From positions 6,997,902-7,061,901 of the forward strand of contig MU053652.1 in the NCBI GenBank assembly GCA_013239625.1: a DNA stretch of 64,000 nucleotides, given 5' to 3'. Of this stretch, positions 61,948 to 64,000 are shown one piece after another. The notes below the pieces were generated by a model that did no database searches, was not told where the DNA came from, and worked only from the letters and a program-made list of their open reading frames with translations. The translations under genes and the position numbers were made by a program. Position 1 is the first letter of the stretch. Every line of letters starts with the position of its first letter. The DNA comes from Lama guanicoe (lineage: Eukaryota).

Positions 61948-64000
61948 AGAGACTTCCACCTACATGGAATAATAGAGTAGATGGAGACTTCCTTATTCCT
62001 TCTACTAAATATGACTAAAAACCCTGGAAATTACATATAAAACAAACATAAGACAACTCTGAAAGGTTTAGGAAAAAAAGCAGAATAGCTGGGGACCTTG
62101 GAACTCAAGGAACAAGGTGGTAGTAAGATCTCCCAGTTTCTTTTTGCTTCATACAGCCCAGCCTTAGAGCTGAAGAAATGAGAAACCCCAAAACCCCAAA
62201 AACAGCCATGGGGAAAAAAATCCCCAAGAAAAGCCTGGTTGAAAGGGTCAATCTACCAAAGCAGAAAATGTTTAGACAACTGCACTATCCCAACCAGATG
62301 CCACAGAAAAAATTTGCAGCCCCAGTGTCTCCCATGCCAACAAAGGCTGAGTGAGGAGATTAGAATTCCAAATTTGCATCTGTAAGAAGGTACCTCAGCA
62401 CTCCTGCCATGATGTTGTCAGAGCAGGCTAAGTTAAAGGGCAAGACTAACAAAGCCACACATCATATTTGGTGCCACTGGAAACCAAATGGGGAGCAAAA
62501 CTCTCACCCACAAATAGTGAGTAACAAGATTAAACTGTAGATGTTAACAAAGCCCTAATGACAATCCTGGACTTACACATCCACCAGGCAACAAAAAGGT
62601 AGCAGAATGGTGTCAGAAAAAAGAAGCTAAAACAGAAGGTTAAGTAATTTTGTGGATATCAACAAACTAATTCTAAAGTATTAGAAGCAAAACACCCAGA
62701 ATAGCAAACACAATTAAAGAACGGGGAAAGAAAAAAGGACCGGCAAGATTTAATATAAAGCCACAGTAATTGAGACAATGTGGTATTGGTGAAAGAACAA
62801 AGAGACTGATGGACAGAACTGAAAGCCCAGAAACAGATCCAGACAAACATAGTCAATTGATCTTCAGCAAAGGAACAAAGGTAATACAATGGAGTGAAGA
62901 CAGTCTTTTCAACAAATGGTGCAAGAACAAGTGGACATCCAAATGCAAAAAAAAAATGAATCTAAAATTGTAGAACAGATAAACAAGATTACACTGTACA
63001 GCACAGGGAAATATACACAAAATGTTATGATAAATCACAGAGAAAAAAAAATAAAAAATGAATCTAGACAGAGACCTTTACCCTTCACAAAAATTAATTG
63101 AAAACAATTACAGATCCAAATGTAAAATGTAAAACTATAAAACTCCTAGGAAATAAAACATGAGAAAACCCAGATGACCTTGGGTTTGGCAATGACTTTT
63201 CTAGATATAATGCCAAAGGCATGATCCATGACAGAAAATAATTAGTAAGTTGGACTTCATTACAATTAAAAACCCTGCTTTGCGAAAACCAGTTAAGAGA
63301 ATGAAAAGATAAGCCACAGACTGTGAAAAAATCTTTGCAAAATCTGTATCTTATAAAGGACTAATATCCAAGATATATAAAAAACTATTACAATTCACCC
63401 CCAAAAATTTTTAATGGCAAAAAGATCTGAACAGATATCTCACCAAAGGAGAGATCCAGATGGCACATAGGACATCTGCAATGGATGCCCAATATCATAT
63501 GTTATTAGGGAACTGCAAATTAAAACAACAATGAGATACTCTATACTCTCAGAATGCCTGAACCAAAAATCCTGACAAAAATCTCACACTAGTGAGGATG
63601 TAGAGGAACAGAAATGCTCATTGTTATCAAAAATATTGGGGGATTTTTTGTTTTCTTTTGTTTTTAAAACATCTTTTTTGTGATATCATTCCTGTACAGT
63701 AAACTACACATATTTCAGGAATGCAAAATGGTACAACCACTGTGGGAGGCAGTTTACAAAACTGAACATATTCTTACCACAAGATCCAGCAATTGCTCTC
63801 CTTTGTATTTACCTGAATGAACTGTATGTATCTGAATGAGTTGTGGCCACACAATATTCTGTACATAAAAGTTAATAGCATCTTTATTCATAATTGCTGA
63901 AACTTGAAAGGAACCAATATGTCAATCAATAAGTTAACAGATAAATAGTCTGTGGTATATCCAGATAATGGAATATTACTTACTGACAAAAAGGAAATGA
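61948..64000 (+). mobile_element. Old L1M element: 5'-end-like segment joined to the ORF2 3' half; runs off the window
   Basis: 61948-62640 resembles an L1M 5' region (ctaaaaaccctgga.attacatataaaacaaacataag..aactctgaaagg); from 62645 ORF2 blocks (caattgatcttcagcaaagga, cagtcttttcaacaaatggtgc, aaattaaaacaacaatgagatac, gatccagcaattgctctcct). Confidence 0.85.
62965..63052 (+). mobile_element. 88-bp fragment of the young L1 3' UTR with 14-bp TSD, nested in the old L1M
   Basis: Matches the reverse complement of 37074-37159 with 3 substitutions; TSD aaaaaatgaatcta at 62951-62964 and 63053-63066. Confidence 0.92.

Noticed and set aside
1..64000. CRISPR arrays, operons, rRNA, prokaryotic or viral gene systems, NUMTs, processed pseudogenes
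   Set aside because: The sequence is repeat-rich mammalian DNA with no regularly spaced repeats, no dense ORFs and no stretch I recognise as mitochondrial or mRNA-derived.

Overview
AT-rich mammalian nuclear DNA from an intergenic or large-intron region. It is most likely camelid, an inference from a Vic-1-like tRNA-derived SINE at 31171-31262 and the style of the young L1 3' UTR. No host protein-coding gene can be supported. The only credible long ORF is the C-terminal part of ORF2 in a young, 5'-truncated LINE-1 (minus strand, ~36966-38566, 16-bp TSD). The rest is a mosaic of old eutherian repeats: MaLR/MLT1, MLT2, ERV1-type and ERVL LTRs, an ERVL pol remnant, L1M/L1ME, L2, MIR, and hAT DNA transposons (MER5, MER45, MER63, Charlie-like). 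Points worth a second look: an 88-bp internally primed L1 3'-UTR insertion with a perfect TSD; a 59-bp locally duplicated segment; a nested solo LTR with STAT/kB-like motifs; a two-LTR MaLR remnant; candidate small minus-strand exons near 1-2 kb; and a repeat-poor block at ~52.6-54.6 kb with clustered palindromic TF motifs (candidate enhancer). I found no evidence of a novel multi-gene system. Repeat family names are from memory of consensus sequences and need RepeatMasker/Dfam confirmation; boundaries of old repeats are approximate.
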